A stretch of 64,000 nt of DNA, from contig JAADGE010000012.1 in the NCBI GenBank assembly GCA_013152535.1, forward strand, positions 1,026 through 65,025, read 5' to 3'. Numbering within the stretch: position 1 is the stretch's first letter; each line of letters opens with the position of its first letter. This DNA is from Chlorobiota bacterium. GTDB lineage: Bacteria > Bacteroidota > Bacteroidia > Bacteroidales > JAADGE01. Shown here one piece after another: positions 31,047 through 40,112 of this stretch. The notes beneath the pieces are model-generated. The model saw nothing but the letters and a program-made list of their open reading frames with translations, made no database searches and was not told where the DNA came from. Made by a program: the position numbers and the translations under genes.

Positions 31047-31886
31047 TCAGAATAAATTTAAAATTCGTTTTATTTCTTCAGTTTTGTTTTTGTTTTTTTT
31101 TCGGATGTAGAAATTCATCAAAAAGTTTAATAATCTTTTGATAATTTGAGTATTAGAACAAGAAGTAAAAAAAGTATTTTTTTGTTTTAACTTATGATTT
31201 TTTAAGAAAACCTGAATATCATTTTTAGTAACAATTGCTCCTTTATTAAACGGATTGATATAAAAAAGTGCATCGCCTGAACGTTCGTCTTTAAACATCA
31301 GTAAAAAATTTCTCGGAAAATCGACCCCGTAAACAGGCAATCCTAATTTTTGGGAAATGTAAATATAAACAACGGCAATAAGAATATCATTACTTTTTTT
31401 GTTTTCCAAAACTTTATTTAAAAAAGAATTCTCCGGATTAATAATATCTGAAAAGTCCGGAGAAAAACGGTGTATGTCATACAGAGCATGATTTATTTTT
31501 CGGATTTGCTGCAAACCGGTTAAATATAAATTGATATCTGCTCGTAAATCACTTACAATTTTATTAAGTTTATTTTCAACATCTTCATATTTTAGTTCAG
31601 GATATTGATATTTTGCAATTAAAAAAGTACCGTATAATAAATTTTTATCATTTTTAATCCAATGTGCAAAATCTTCATCAAGTTTTTTAAATTGTAATTG
31701 ACTGATGATTTCATTTGCACGTTCTTTTAATAAATCATTTTGGTAAAACATACAAGCTGCTGCCAAATCCGGAATGACCGATTCATTACAAAGCAATAAT
31801 TTTTCACGAACAGCTTGATAAACCGCCGTATCTTTATCATCTAAAAGACTTATTAATGCTTGTAATTCAGCTTGTTTCATTTGCAA
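31047..31886 (-). CDS. SirB1/transglutaminase-like domain protein
   Basis: ALISLLDD, NSFLNKVL, LPVYGVDFPRNF and FYINPFNKG. Confidence 0.85.
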   Translation of the reverse strand: MQMKQAELQALISLLDDKDTAVYQAVREKLLLCNESVIPDLAAACMFYQNDLLKERANEIISQLQFKKLDEDFAHWIKNDKNLLYGTFLIAKYQYPELKYEDVENKLNKIVSDLRADINLYLTGLQQIRKINHALYDIHRFSPDFSDIINPENSFLNKVLENKKSNDILIAVVYIYISQKLGLPVYGVDFPRNFLLMFKDERSGDALFYINPFNKGAIVTKNDIQVFLKNHKLKQKNTFFTSCSNTQIIKRLLNFLMNFYIRKKNKNKTEEIKRILNLF

Positions 31887-31889
31887 AAA

Positions 31890-32762
31890 TTAAGATAACA
31901 GTCTGTCAAGAACCGTAACAACCAATTTTTCCACACCTATTTTATAGTTAGTGCTGTATTCTTTGCGCATACGATTTGCAATAATACTGCAAACAGTTAA
32001 TGCGTTGTGTCCCATTAATTTAGACAGACCTGCAATGGCAGAACTTTCCATTTCATAATTATTAATTTTTCTGCCTTCATAGCTGAAAGCTGAAATTTTT
32101 GAATTTAAATTCGGGTCAACCGTATTTAATCGAATTATTCTTCCTTGCGGACCATAAAAACCCGGTGCCGATATGGTCATTCCTTTTCGCATATCAAAAC
32201 CGATTTTTTCAACTAATTCTTTTGAAGCATCTGCAAAATAGGGGGTTGCTAATTTTGTATCCCAACCTGTGTGTTTTAAAAAAGCTTTTTGCAAATCGTT
32301 ATTTCCGAGTTTGTTTCTGCCTTCGTAAAAATTTAATAAGCCGTCAAAACCGATTGATGTTTCCGAAACAACGGGGGTGTCTACAGGAATATCTGCTTGC
32401 AAAGCACCGGAAGTTCCTATTCTTACAAGATTTAATGTGTGATGTTCTTTTTTCGGGATGCGTTCATTCAAATCAACATTAACTAATGCATCTAATTCCG
32501 TAACTACAATATCAATATTATCGGTTCCTATACCGGTTGAAAGAACGGTTATCGGCTTTCCTTTATAACTTCCTGTGTGGGTAACAAATTCCCTGTTATG
32601 TGCTTTAAAATCAACACGATCAAAATAATTAGATATCATTTCTACACGATCCTGATCCCCCACAAGAATAATATTGTCTGCAATATTTTCAGGTTTTAAA
32701 TGCAAATGAAAAATGGTTCCGTCACCATTTAATATGAGTTCTGATTCTCCTATTCTTTCCAT
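31890..32762 (-). CDS. Nucleoside (uridine) phosphorylase
   Basis: SELILN.DG.IFHL, STGIGTDNIDI, RIGTSG, GFYGPQGR and NYEMES. The ATG at 32762 is the likely start. Confidence 0.9.
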   Translation of the reverse strand: MERIGESELILNGDGTIFHLHLKPENIADNIILVGDQDRVEMISNYFDRVDFKAHNREFVTHTGSYKGKPITVLSTGIGTDNIDIVVTELDALVNVDLNERIPKKEHHTLNLVRIGTSGALQADIPVDTPVVSETSIGFDGLLNFYEGRNKLGNNDLQKAFLKHTGWDTKLATPYFADASKELVEKIGFDMRKGMTISAPGFYGPQGRIIRLNTVDPNLNSKISAFSYEGRKINNYEMESSAIAGLSKLMGHNALTVCSIIANRMRKEYSTNYKIGVEKLVVTVLDRLLS

Positions 32763-33095
32763 AATTCTTACTGTTAAAATTTTGAATAAACAGCAAAGAT
32801 ACATTTTTGAATAATTTTATAACAAAACTTTCAAAAAATATTTTTCACGTTTTATTTTTTCCGTTTTTTAATCAATACTGTCCAAATATTTTGTAATATT
32901 ATTATAATCAGTTATTTGTAAAGAAAAATCTTCCTAACCGCCTTCATATAGACGAGATATGCAATCGCCTAATTATCAGTTGATTATATAGGTTTGAAAA
33001 AATATAATCAAGATGCTGTTATTTTTCTGTTTATTATAAAACAAAAAACAGGGTTCCGGAAAAGAACCCTTTATTATAATTGTTTCACTAAAAAA

Positions 33096-33815
33096 TTATC
33101 TGTTTTTTTTGTTAATATTTCCGCCCGATGAGGTATTAACATCAAGTTTTTCGGGATTACCGTAATAACTGATGTCGCCGCCGCTGCTTGCGTCAGCCGT
33201 TAGTTCTTTTACGGCAAAAACGGAAATATCTCCGCCGCTTGATGAGTTTGCCGAAACCGTGTCGGCTTCCAAGTTTTTTGCATCAATATGGGCACCGCTG
33301 CTTGCGTGAAAATTTACCGTTCCGCAGGTTCCGCTTAAATCAATATCGGCACCGCTGCTTGATTCACAGGTTAAATTTGCGGTTTCTATTTCAGCTTTTA
33401 TATCGGCACCGCTCGAAGCATCAATTGTCAGATTTTTTGAAGAAATGTGTGTTTTGGTTTTTACATCGGCTGCACTTGATGCCGTAATTTTTTCAATTTC
33501 GGGCATGGTAACGTAAACATTTTTTGCTTTTACTTTTCCAATCATTTTCGAAAAATGAATATCTAAAATGCCGTTTTTTATTTTGGTAATTAAATATTCC
33601 TGAATATTTTCGTCGGTTTCCGTTATTATTGTGGGGTTATCACCTTGTGTGAGAAACAGATTTATACCCTCACTAACTTTTACGGCAGTAAAATTTTCGG
33701 TTACTTTTCGGCTTTGTTTCACAACATTTTTATTACCTGTAATGCCGGAAATATTGCATGAAGAAAACAGGATAACTGCCGCCGCAATACTTAATAATGT
33801 TAATTTTGATTTCAT
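33096..33815 (-). CDS. DUF2807 head-GIN-domain lipoprotein
   Basis: Lipobox LFSSC, ETDENI, repeated ASSGADI/SSGGDI solenoid rungs and YYGNP. Confidence 0.88.
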   Translation of the reverse strand: MKSKLTLLSIAAAVILFSSCNISGITGNKNVVKQSRKVTENFTAVKVSEGINLFLTQGDNPTIITETDENIQEYLITKIKNGILDIHFSKMIGKVKAKNVYVTMPEIEKITASSAADVKTKTHISSKNLTIDASSGADIKAEIETANLTCESSSGADIDLSGTCGTVNFHASSGAHIDAKNLEADTVSANSSSGGDISVFAVKELTADASSGGDISYYGNPEKLDVNTSSGGNINKKNR

Positions 33816-33862
33816 ATTTATGTGTTTTTAGTTATTAAAATATTTTTCTTTTTTTAATAAAA

Positions 33863-36271
33863 CTATATTATTCCGCCTTTTTTTGGTGTTTCTTCTTCTT
33901 GTTTAAATTCTTTTTTTGTTTTTCGAATTGATTTTCCTTTGTTTAGTCTGAACGTAATTCTGAACATAAGAATATTTTTCAAAATACTGATGTCCTGCAA
34001 ATTTGTTTCTTGGTATGTGTCGGTTCTGATGTAAGAACCTTGTTGATAATCAACACCGATATTTACCGGTAACATATAGAAAATCATTACATTCAATTTT
34101 TGTTTAAAGAAGGGTTGTTGAACCATAAATCCCCAAAAATCGTTATTCCACATATTGTAACCTTGTGCGGTAATTACTTTTTTCAGGTTATTTTGATAAA
34201 TTAATCCGGTTGTGGTTTTATATTTTTTATTCACATAGATTAAATTACTGCTCATAGTCCAGTCTTTAATGTGGTTTTCTTCACCTTTATAGTTTATGCT
34301 GCTTTTGAAAAAATTTGCATTGTTTTGCCAAAAAAGAGATTTTCCGAAAGGAACCGTTAAGCCGACTTTAAAACCGTAATGTTTGTATTGCCCGGCATTT
34401 GCGTAGGTGTATTGAAAAATGCCGTCGTCTTGCAGAGTTCCGATTTGGCTGATGTAATTATTTGAAAAATGATAATACGGTTCAAAAGATGCCAAGCCGT
34501 GCATAATATTAAATCTTACGGAAAGTTTGTGCGTAACCGAAGGTTCTAACAACGGGTTTCCTGTTCTTACGGTTTCGTTGTCGATAAAAATAGTGTCGGG
34601 ATTTGCCTCGTTTACGGACGGATAATTGCTTGATGAACGGTATTTTAGCCGAATATCCAACATTTTAAACGGTTTTATTTTAATGTCGGCATATGGTTGA
34701 TAAATAAAATATGTTATTGTTTTGCCTTCAACGTTCGGTGTGCTTGTTTCTCCTGCAGCACCGAGTTTAATGCCGAATTTCTTATTTAAATTCCACGAAT
34801 AGTATGCATATAATTTATGACGTAAATCGGTTCGTGTAAAGTCGGTTTCACCGAAATTAAATGTGTTTACAACCTTTTTATAGGTGTTTCCGTAACCGAT
34901 TTGAACGTTTGATTTAGAATTTATTGTGTGGTTAAGTTCTGCATAAAACTTGGTGTATTTATTATCATTTATACCGGTTTGTTTGTTTTTTAAAATACCG
35001 TTCTCCGAATAATCAGTTGTGTAATTATCATTTGATGAGGAGTACGTAAAATCGATATTCAGTATATTATTTTTATTTAGTATTCCCTTATAAAACAGTG
35101 AATTATAGTTTCCTCTGCTTGTTGTGTTCGTTATGTTATCCGAAGAAAAATTATCTGTTTCCGAACCGTTATTAAAATATGACACATCAAATATACTTTC
35201 TTGTTTGCTTTGCGGAAAAATCAAACCGCTAAAATTACTTTCAAAACTCAGGGTGTGTTTCGGATTAATATAAAAATCGGCACCGACGGTTATGCGGTCA
35301 AAAATTCGGTTGATTAAAAAATTCGGCTGATTATTTTCCGGTTCTTTAATAATTGATAATCCGCTGTCGTATTCTTTTTTATTTGTTGACAACAGTGCCA
35401 AATCCATAAAACCGTTATTGACTTTTGCATAAAGATTTACTTTATTATACGTGTAATTTAAACTCACCGAAAAGTTATTTATCGGAAAATAGTTTCCGTT
35501 TTTGTTGTCGATGTCCGATAACATTTGGTTTGCCGAATAAAATTCCAAACCTTTATAATCGTTTTTCAGAATGACGTTTATTACTGCGGAATACCCTTCA
35601 AGTGCGTATCTTCCGCTCGGATCGCGTATAACTTCTATTCTTTTTAATCGGTCGGGAGCCAAATTTTTAATGTATTCTTGGTCTTTTTGTAAGCCGTTTA
35701 CCAAAATAATGATGTTATCTTCGTTATCAACTTTTATTGAATTGTTATATCTATCGTATGAAACGCCTTTGATTTTATCCAAAACATCTTTTGTGTTTGC
35801 GGTACCGGTTTTCATTTTGCTTGTAACCAAAAAAACATCTTTATCAGTTTCAATTTCGCTTGTTGTTCCGCTAATTGTTACTTCTCCGATTGAGTTTTCA
35901 TCAGGTCGAAGTTTAATAATGCCGATAAATTCGGTTCCGGTTTTTATTGAAACTTTAATCGTATCCGATTTATAACCGATGTATTCCGTAACAAATTTAT
36001 AATTTCCTCTTGTCAGCGGAACAGAAAAAAAACCGTTCATATCTGTTGTTGCCCCTGTCAGCAGACTGTCTTTTAAATTAAACACTTTAACGGTGCAAAA
36101 TTCAATCGGTTTTTTGGTTTTTGCTTCTTTAACTTGCCCGGTTACACCAACGTCTTTTTCGGCAAAAGCATTATTTCCGGAAATAACTAAAAATATGATT
36201 ATTATTAAGTTGATAAAGCGGATTATATTTCGGAATTTTTTCTCTTTAATTATTAATTTTTTCGTGTACAT
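33863..36271 (-). CDS. TonB-dependent-receptor-like outer-membrane beta-barrel protein
   Basis: N-terminal carboxypeptidase-regulatory-like domain (VTGQV..TTDMNGFF), plug (RIEVIRDPSGRY..VINVILK) and GNPLLEP. Start position uncertain. Confidence 0.85.
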   Translation of the reverse strand: MYTKKLIIKEKKFRNIIRFINLIIIIFLVISGNNAFAEKDVGVTGQVKEAKTKKPIEFCTVKVFNLKDSLLTGATTDMNGFFSVPLTRGNYKFVTEYIGYKSDTIKVSIKTGTEFIGIIKLRPDENSIGEVTISGTTSEIETDKDVFLVTSKMKTGTANTKDVLDKIKGVSYDRYNNSIKVDNEDNIIILVNGLQKDQEYIKNLAPDRLKRIEVIRDPSGRYALEGYSAVINVILKNDYKGLEFYSANQMLSDIDNKNGNYFPINNFSVSLNYTYNKVNLYAKVNNGFMDLALLSTNKKEYDSGLSIIKEPENNQPNFLINRIFDRITVGADFYINPKHTLSFESNFSGLIFPQSKQESIFDVSYFNNGSETDNFSSDNITNTTSRGNYNSLFYKGILNKNNILNIDFTYSSSNDNYTTDYSENGILKNKQTGINDNKYTKFYAELNHTINSKSNVQIGYGNTYKKVVNTFNFGETDFTRTDLRHKLYAYYSWNLNKKFGIKLGAAGETSTPNVEGKTITYFIYQPYADIKIKPFKMLDIRLKYRSSSNYPSVNEANPDTIFIDNETVRTGNPLLEPSVTHKLSVRFNIMHGLASFEPYYHFSNNYISQIGTLQDDGIFQYTYANAGQYKHYGFKVGLTVPFGKSLFWQNNANFFKSSINYKGEENHIKDWTMSSNLIYVNKKYKTTTGLIYQNNLKKVITAQGYNMWNNDFWGFMVQQPFFKQKLNVMIFYMLPVNIGVDYQQGSYIRTDTYQETNLQDISILKNILMFRITFRLNKGKSIRKTKKEFKQEEETPKKGGII

Positions 36272-36374
36272 TTATTTTTATTTTTTGATTTGAAGGATAT
36301 AATAATATGGTTTAATTTGTTTTATAATAATTATATATCGATAAGACGATAAGAAAAACAATAAGTTACATTTT

Positions 36375-37007
36375 TCAGTTATTTATTTCAATTTTTGCAT
36401 CGGCATCTTTTTCAACAATCATATTAAGATTATTTGAATTGTCAATATATAAACGAGATTTATCCTTTAATACAAATTTTGAAGCAATATTTTGATTTTT
36501 CAACTCATAAAGTTCTGCTGAAGACTTTCCGGTTGAGAATATGTTCAAAACATTCGTCTTTAAATTATTAATTTCTGCTTTGGATTTGTCGGATGTTTTG
36601 ATGTTAAAAGTATCTGTTTTAATATCAATTATTTCAACATTTACTTTGTCACTCAGCAGTACGGTTTTTAGATTCTCCGCGTTAATAAAGTTATCGTTTC
36701 CTTCGGAAACAAAGAATAAGGTGTCATTTTTAACTTCCGGTTTATTTTCCTTGTCGGAAAAATATTGAAACGAATTTTCGTTTGATTGCTGAATTGTCAG
36801 TTCACCTTTCCCTGCAACTGAAATAATACTGAAATTTTCTAATTTTAATGTTTTTCCGTTGTCAACTTTCTTGACTTTTTCTGTTTGTTCAAAACCGTTT
36901 TCTTTTAACAGATGCTTTATTTTTGCCGTTGCGGTAAAAAAAACTGCTGTAATCCAGATTATCAACGATCCTAAAATGCTTATCAATATGATTTTACTTG
37001 TTTTCAT
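36375..37007 (-). CDS. Membrane-anchored GIN-like hypothetical protein
   Basis: MKTSKIILI TM anchor followed by beta-solenoid-like repeats. Overlaps the gntR stop. Confidence 0.65.
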   Translation of the reverse strand: MKTSKIILISILGSLIIWITAVFFTATAKIKHLLKENGFEQTEKVKKVDNGKTLKLENFSIISVAGKGELTIQQSNENSFQYFSDKENKPEVKNDTLFFVSEGNDNFINAENLKTVLLSDKVNVEIIDIKTDTFNIKTSDKSKAEINNLKTNVLNIFSTGKSSAELYELKNQNIASKFVLKDKSRLYIDNSNNLNMIVEKDADAKIEINN

Positions 37008-37374
37008 TTTTGTCAGATTTTAAGTAGGTTTGATATAATTGTTCGATTTCTGAAAAATTGATATTCAGATTGCTTAAAGTTTTAAAAAATACAGGCAATT
37101 GTTCGTTAATAAATTCTTCTTTTTTCATTTCGTGTGTGATTTTATAGGCATTATCGGAAACAAAATAACCGATACCTCTTTTGTTATAGATAATATTGCT
37201 GTCTTGTAAATGTTTGTATGTTCGCATAACCGTGTTCGGGTTCACTTCTGTATCTATTGCCAAATCTCTTACTGACGGGATACGCTCATCCGGCTTGAAT
37301 GAATGTGTTAAAATATTTTCATAAAAATAATCCGCCAATTGAAGATATATTGCTTTGTCGTTTCTGAAATTCAT
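36994..37374 (-). CDS. GntR family (YtrA subfamily) regulator
   Basis: AIYLQ, IPSVRDLA..VNPNTVMRTY and KRGIGYFV. Short protein within an ABC operon. Confidence 0.95.
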   Translation of the reverse strand: MNFRNDKAIYLQLADYFYENILTHSFKPDERIPSVRDLAIDTEVNPNTVMRTYKHLQDSNIIYNKRGIGYFVSDNAYKITHEMKKEEFINEQLPVFFKTLSNLNINFSEIEQLYQTYLKSDKNENK

Positions 37375-37375
37375 C

Positions 37376-38140
37376 TTATGCCTCCTTTTCTTTAAGTTTA
37401 AAATAAGTGTATATCCAAAAAACCGGAGCTGTTATATAGTAATACATAATTTTCGGTACTTTCAGCAGCCAATGATTTTCTAAATTGTAATTAAAATCTC
37501 CTCCTTGAATTCCGTTATTACTTAAATGAAAAGCTTCAAATTGTCCTTTAACTGACAAGGTTAGGAGGGTTATATAAAAAGTAATAATCATCCCTGCTAT
37601 AAATAAACTTGAAATTGTAAAAAATAACGGAACTTTTTTGAATGTTGCCGCACCTGCCAATAATATTGATTGAATAATAATAAAGTGTAAGAACATTGTT
37701 AAGGTCTTATAGGTAAATATATTTATGAGATTTACCTGAATATTAAAGACATCTCCGATTATAAATACTAATAAGTTAAAAGCATAGAATATTGCCGTAT
37801 ATGCAATAATATAAACGACTGATGTTAAGAGCCATTCCGAAATAAATTTTTCAATACCGGATGCCGGTAATGTTAAATACGACATTGTTTTTTCTTTATT
37901 TCTGAAATTTGAAAATGCCGATCCTGAGATGAAAAGTCCTGCAATAAACAAACCAATGTAATAGAATATTTGTAATTTGCTCCACGCTTGTCCGTCTTTT
38001 AATGCACTCATAAACAGTATGAAAGAAAATATTCCGAAAACGGTAATAAGACCGATTAATACGGATTTTGCATTTTCATACAAGGTTTTTTGCATCAGTA
38101 AGAGGATCCGTTTAAAACTGAATGATTTTATATGTTCCAT
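37376..38140 (-). CDS. ABC-2 type permease
   Basis: About 6 TM helices and YLTLPASGIEKF, located downstream of the ABC ATPase. Confidence 0.85.
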   Translation of the reverse strand: MEHIKSFSFKRILLLMQKTLYENAKSVLIGLITVFGIFSFILFMSALKDGQAWSKLQIFYYIGLFIAGLFISGSAFSNFRNKEKTMSYLTLPASGIEKFISEWLLTSVVYIIAYTAIFYAFNLLVFIIGDVFNIQVNLINIFTYKTLTMFLHFIIIQSILLAGAATFKKVPLFFTISSLFIAGMIITFYITLLTLSVKGQFEAFHLSNNGIQGGDFNYNLENHWLLKVPKIMYYYITAPVFWIYTYFKLKEKEA

Positions 38141-38228
38141 TTTTTGTGTGATTTAAAATTTTTAAAAATATCGGTACTGTTATATTTTGAAACAGTCGCA
38201 AATGTTATCAGACAACCGCAAGTTGTCT

Positions 38229-39062
38229 TTACGATATAAATTCATTTACAACCTTACTGTCTTTTGCTATAATTGAATTAAACAATAATTCTGTATTAAT
38301 ATGCGATGCTTCTTCACCGGTGTTACGCACAACGGCATTGTAGCCGATCAGTCCTTTTTCGGCATACAATACATTTTCGTCATCAATATTTTTCAGTGTT
38401 TTGAAACACAACTTGTCTGAAACAGTTTCAAGACTTTGATTAAAAATAATTTTCCCGTCATCCAATACCACAATTGTGTCGATAATACCTTCTATGTCTT
38501 TTACCTGATGAGTTGAAATTACAAATAACTTATCTTCGCTTAATGCCGATGCCATAAGTTTTCTAAAAATACTTTTAGACGGAATATCCAAGCCGTTAGT
38601 CGGTTCATCGGTAATAAGAATAGGTGTGTCTGCTGCCATTCCGAAAGAAATTAAAAATTTCTTTTTTTGTCCGTAACTCATTTTGCTGAGTTTTTGTTCG
38701 GTATCAATATCAAATTCTTTCAGATATTCATAAAAGTTTGTTTCATTAAAATCCGGATAAAACGGAGCCGTAACTTTTAAAAATGTTTTTACGGTAATCC
38801 CCGGTGTTTCAAATTCTTCGGGTATCATATAATAACTAGCCAATACCTTAGGTGTCCTTTTTTGAGGAATTTCGTCGTTGAGTTTTACGGTTCCCGATTG
38901 CGGATGAAGTAATCCGGCAACGTGTTTGAGCAATGTGGTTTTTCCGGAGCCGTTTTTTCCGAGCAGACCGTATATTCTGCCCTCTTTAAGTTCTAAATTC
39001 AATTCGGAAAAGAGTGTTTTCTTTTTCTTATACCCGAAATTGAGATGATTAATTTCTACCAT
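38229..39062 (-). CDS. ABC transporter ATP-binding protein (YtrB-like)
   Basis: GKNGSGKT, MSYGQKKK, DEPTNGLD and STH. Confidence 0.95.
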   Translation of the reverse strand: MVEINHLNFGYKKKKTLFSELNLELKEGRIYGLLGKNGSGKTTLLKHVAGLLHPQSGTVKLNDEIPQKRTPKVLASYYMIPEEFETPGITVKTFLKVTAPFYPDFNETNFYEYLKEFDIDTEQKLSKMSYGQKKKFLISFGMAADTPILITDEPTNGLDIPSKSIFRKLMASALSEDKLFVISTHQVKDIEGIIDTIVVLDDGKIIFNQSLETVSDKLCFKTLKNIDDENVLYAEKGLIGYNAVVRNTGEEASHINTELLFNSIIAKDSKVVNEFIS

Positions 39063-39076
39063 AGCGATGCGTTTTT

Positions 39077-39108
39077 GTGTGTTACTAAACTAATACACTG
39101 CAAATGTA
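39077..39108 (-). promoter_or_regulatory. YtrA-type operator and promoter of the ABC/GntR operon
   Basis: Palindrome GTGTGTTA-N6-TAATACAC (39077-39098) lies directly downstream of the -7 box TACATTTG (reverse complement of 39101-39108). Confidence 0.7.
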
Positions 39109-39159
39109 TGACAGTTTTTTTAATAACAAAATATTTTTGTGATTATTTTTCTGAAAAAT

Positions 39160-39186
39160 AAAAAAGGACACTGTTAAGTGTCCTTA
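39160..39186 (-). terminator. Intrinsic terminator after transaldolase
   Basis: AAGGACACT-GTTA-AGTGTCCTT with an upstream A run, which is the U tail on the minus strand. Confidence 0.75.
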
Positions 39187-39211
39187 TATCAATATTTTAT
39201 AACATAAAAAA

Positions 39212-39868
39212 TTATCCGTTCAATTTATGATAGTCTGCAAGAAATTTTTCCAAACCAATATCGGTAAGCGGGTGTTTTAATAAACCCAGAATGGCTTTTA
39301 AAGGAGCCGTAACCACATCGGCACCGACTTCGGCACATTGAACAATGTGTTGTGTGTGGCGTATTGATGCTGCAAGAACTTGAGTTTTATAACCATAGTA
39401 GTTATACATTTCGACAATTTGGTGAATTAATTCAACACCATCGGTTGAAATGTCATCCAATCGTCCGATAAAAGGAGACACGTATGTTGCTCCGGCTTTT
39501 GCCGCAAGTAAGGCTTGTCCGAGAGAAAAAACCAATGTACAATTAGTTTTTAATCCTTTATCCGAAAAATATTTGATGGCTTTGATACCGTCTTTTATCA
39601 TCGGAACTTTTATTGTAATTTGGGGATGTAGAGCGGCAAGTGCTTCCCCTTCTTTTATCATACCTTCCAAATCGGTTGAGATTACTTCGGCACTTACATC
39701 GCCGTCAACAATTTCACAAATGGTTTTATAGTGATTAAGAATATTTTTTTGACCTTTAATCCCTTCTTTTGCCATTAGCGAAGGATTGGTAGTAACACCA
39801 TCAAGTATTCCGAGCTCTTGTGCTTCTTTTATTTGTTCAAGATTTGCTGTGTCGATAAAAAATTTCAT
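39212..39868 (-). CDS. tal: Transaldolase / fructose-6-phosphate aldolase family
   Basis: [32 protein letters not shown] and HPLTDIGL. Confidence 0.93.
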   Translation of the reverse strand: MKFFIDTANLEQIKEAQELGILDGVTTNPSLMAKEGIKGQKNILNHYKTICEIVDGDVSAEVISTDLEGMIKEGEALAALHPQITIKVPMIKDGIKAIKYFSDKGLKTNCTLVFSLGQALLAAKAGATYVSPFIGRLDDISTDGVELIHQIVEMYNYYGYKTQVLAASIRHTQHIVQCAEVGADVVTAPLKAILGLLKHPLTDIGLEKFLADYHKLNG

Positions 39869-40027
39869 ATTTTTCTTTTTTTAAAATAAAGTACAAAGTT
39901 ATTTAAGTTTGGGTAAAAGTGAAAATTTTTTAGTAATGCCTTAAGAATTCTTGCTTCCCAAATTTTAAATTGTATTGTTGCTTTGAATTTACGAGATAAC
40001 CAACTGAAATAATAAAAAAATATAATA

Positions 40028-40090
40028 GTCTGAGTTCGATATAAAATTTTTATTCTGAAACTGTGAGCAAATTTTATATCGAACTCAAGC
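40028..40090. mobile_element. MITE-like element, copy 2 (internally shorter)
   Basis: Perfect 19-bp TIRs TGAGTTCGATATAAAATTT (40031-40049) and AAATTTTATATCGAACTCA (40069-40087), with TAATA on both flanks. Confidence 0.72.
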
Positions 40091-40112
40091 TAATATTCCT
40101 TCTAAAAAACAA

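Noticed and set aside
32902-32917. 16-mer TTATAATCAGTTATTT with an exact reverse-complement copy at 51619-51634
   Set aside because: Very AT-rich, only two copies, 19 kb apart, with no recombinase. Not distinguishable from chance or a generic dispersed motif without genome-wide counts.
33120-33480. Repeated GCACCGCTGCTT / CCGCCGCT DNA motifs
   Set aside because: They encode the SSGA/SSGG rungs of the DUF2807 solenoid, so they are protein-level repeats.
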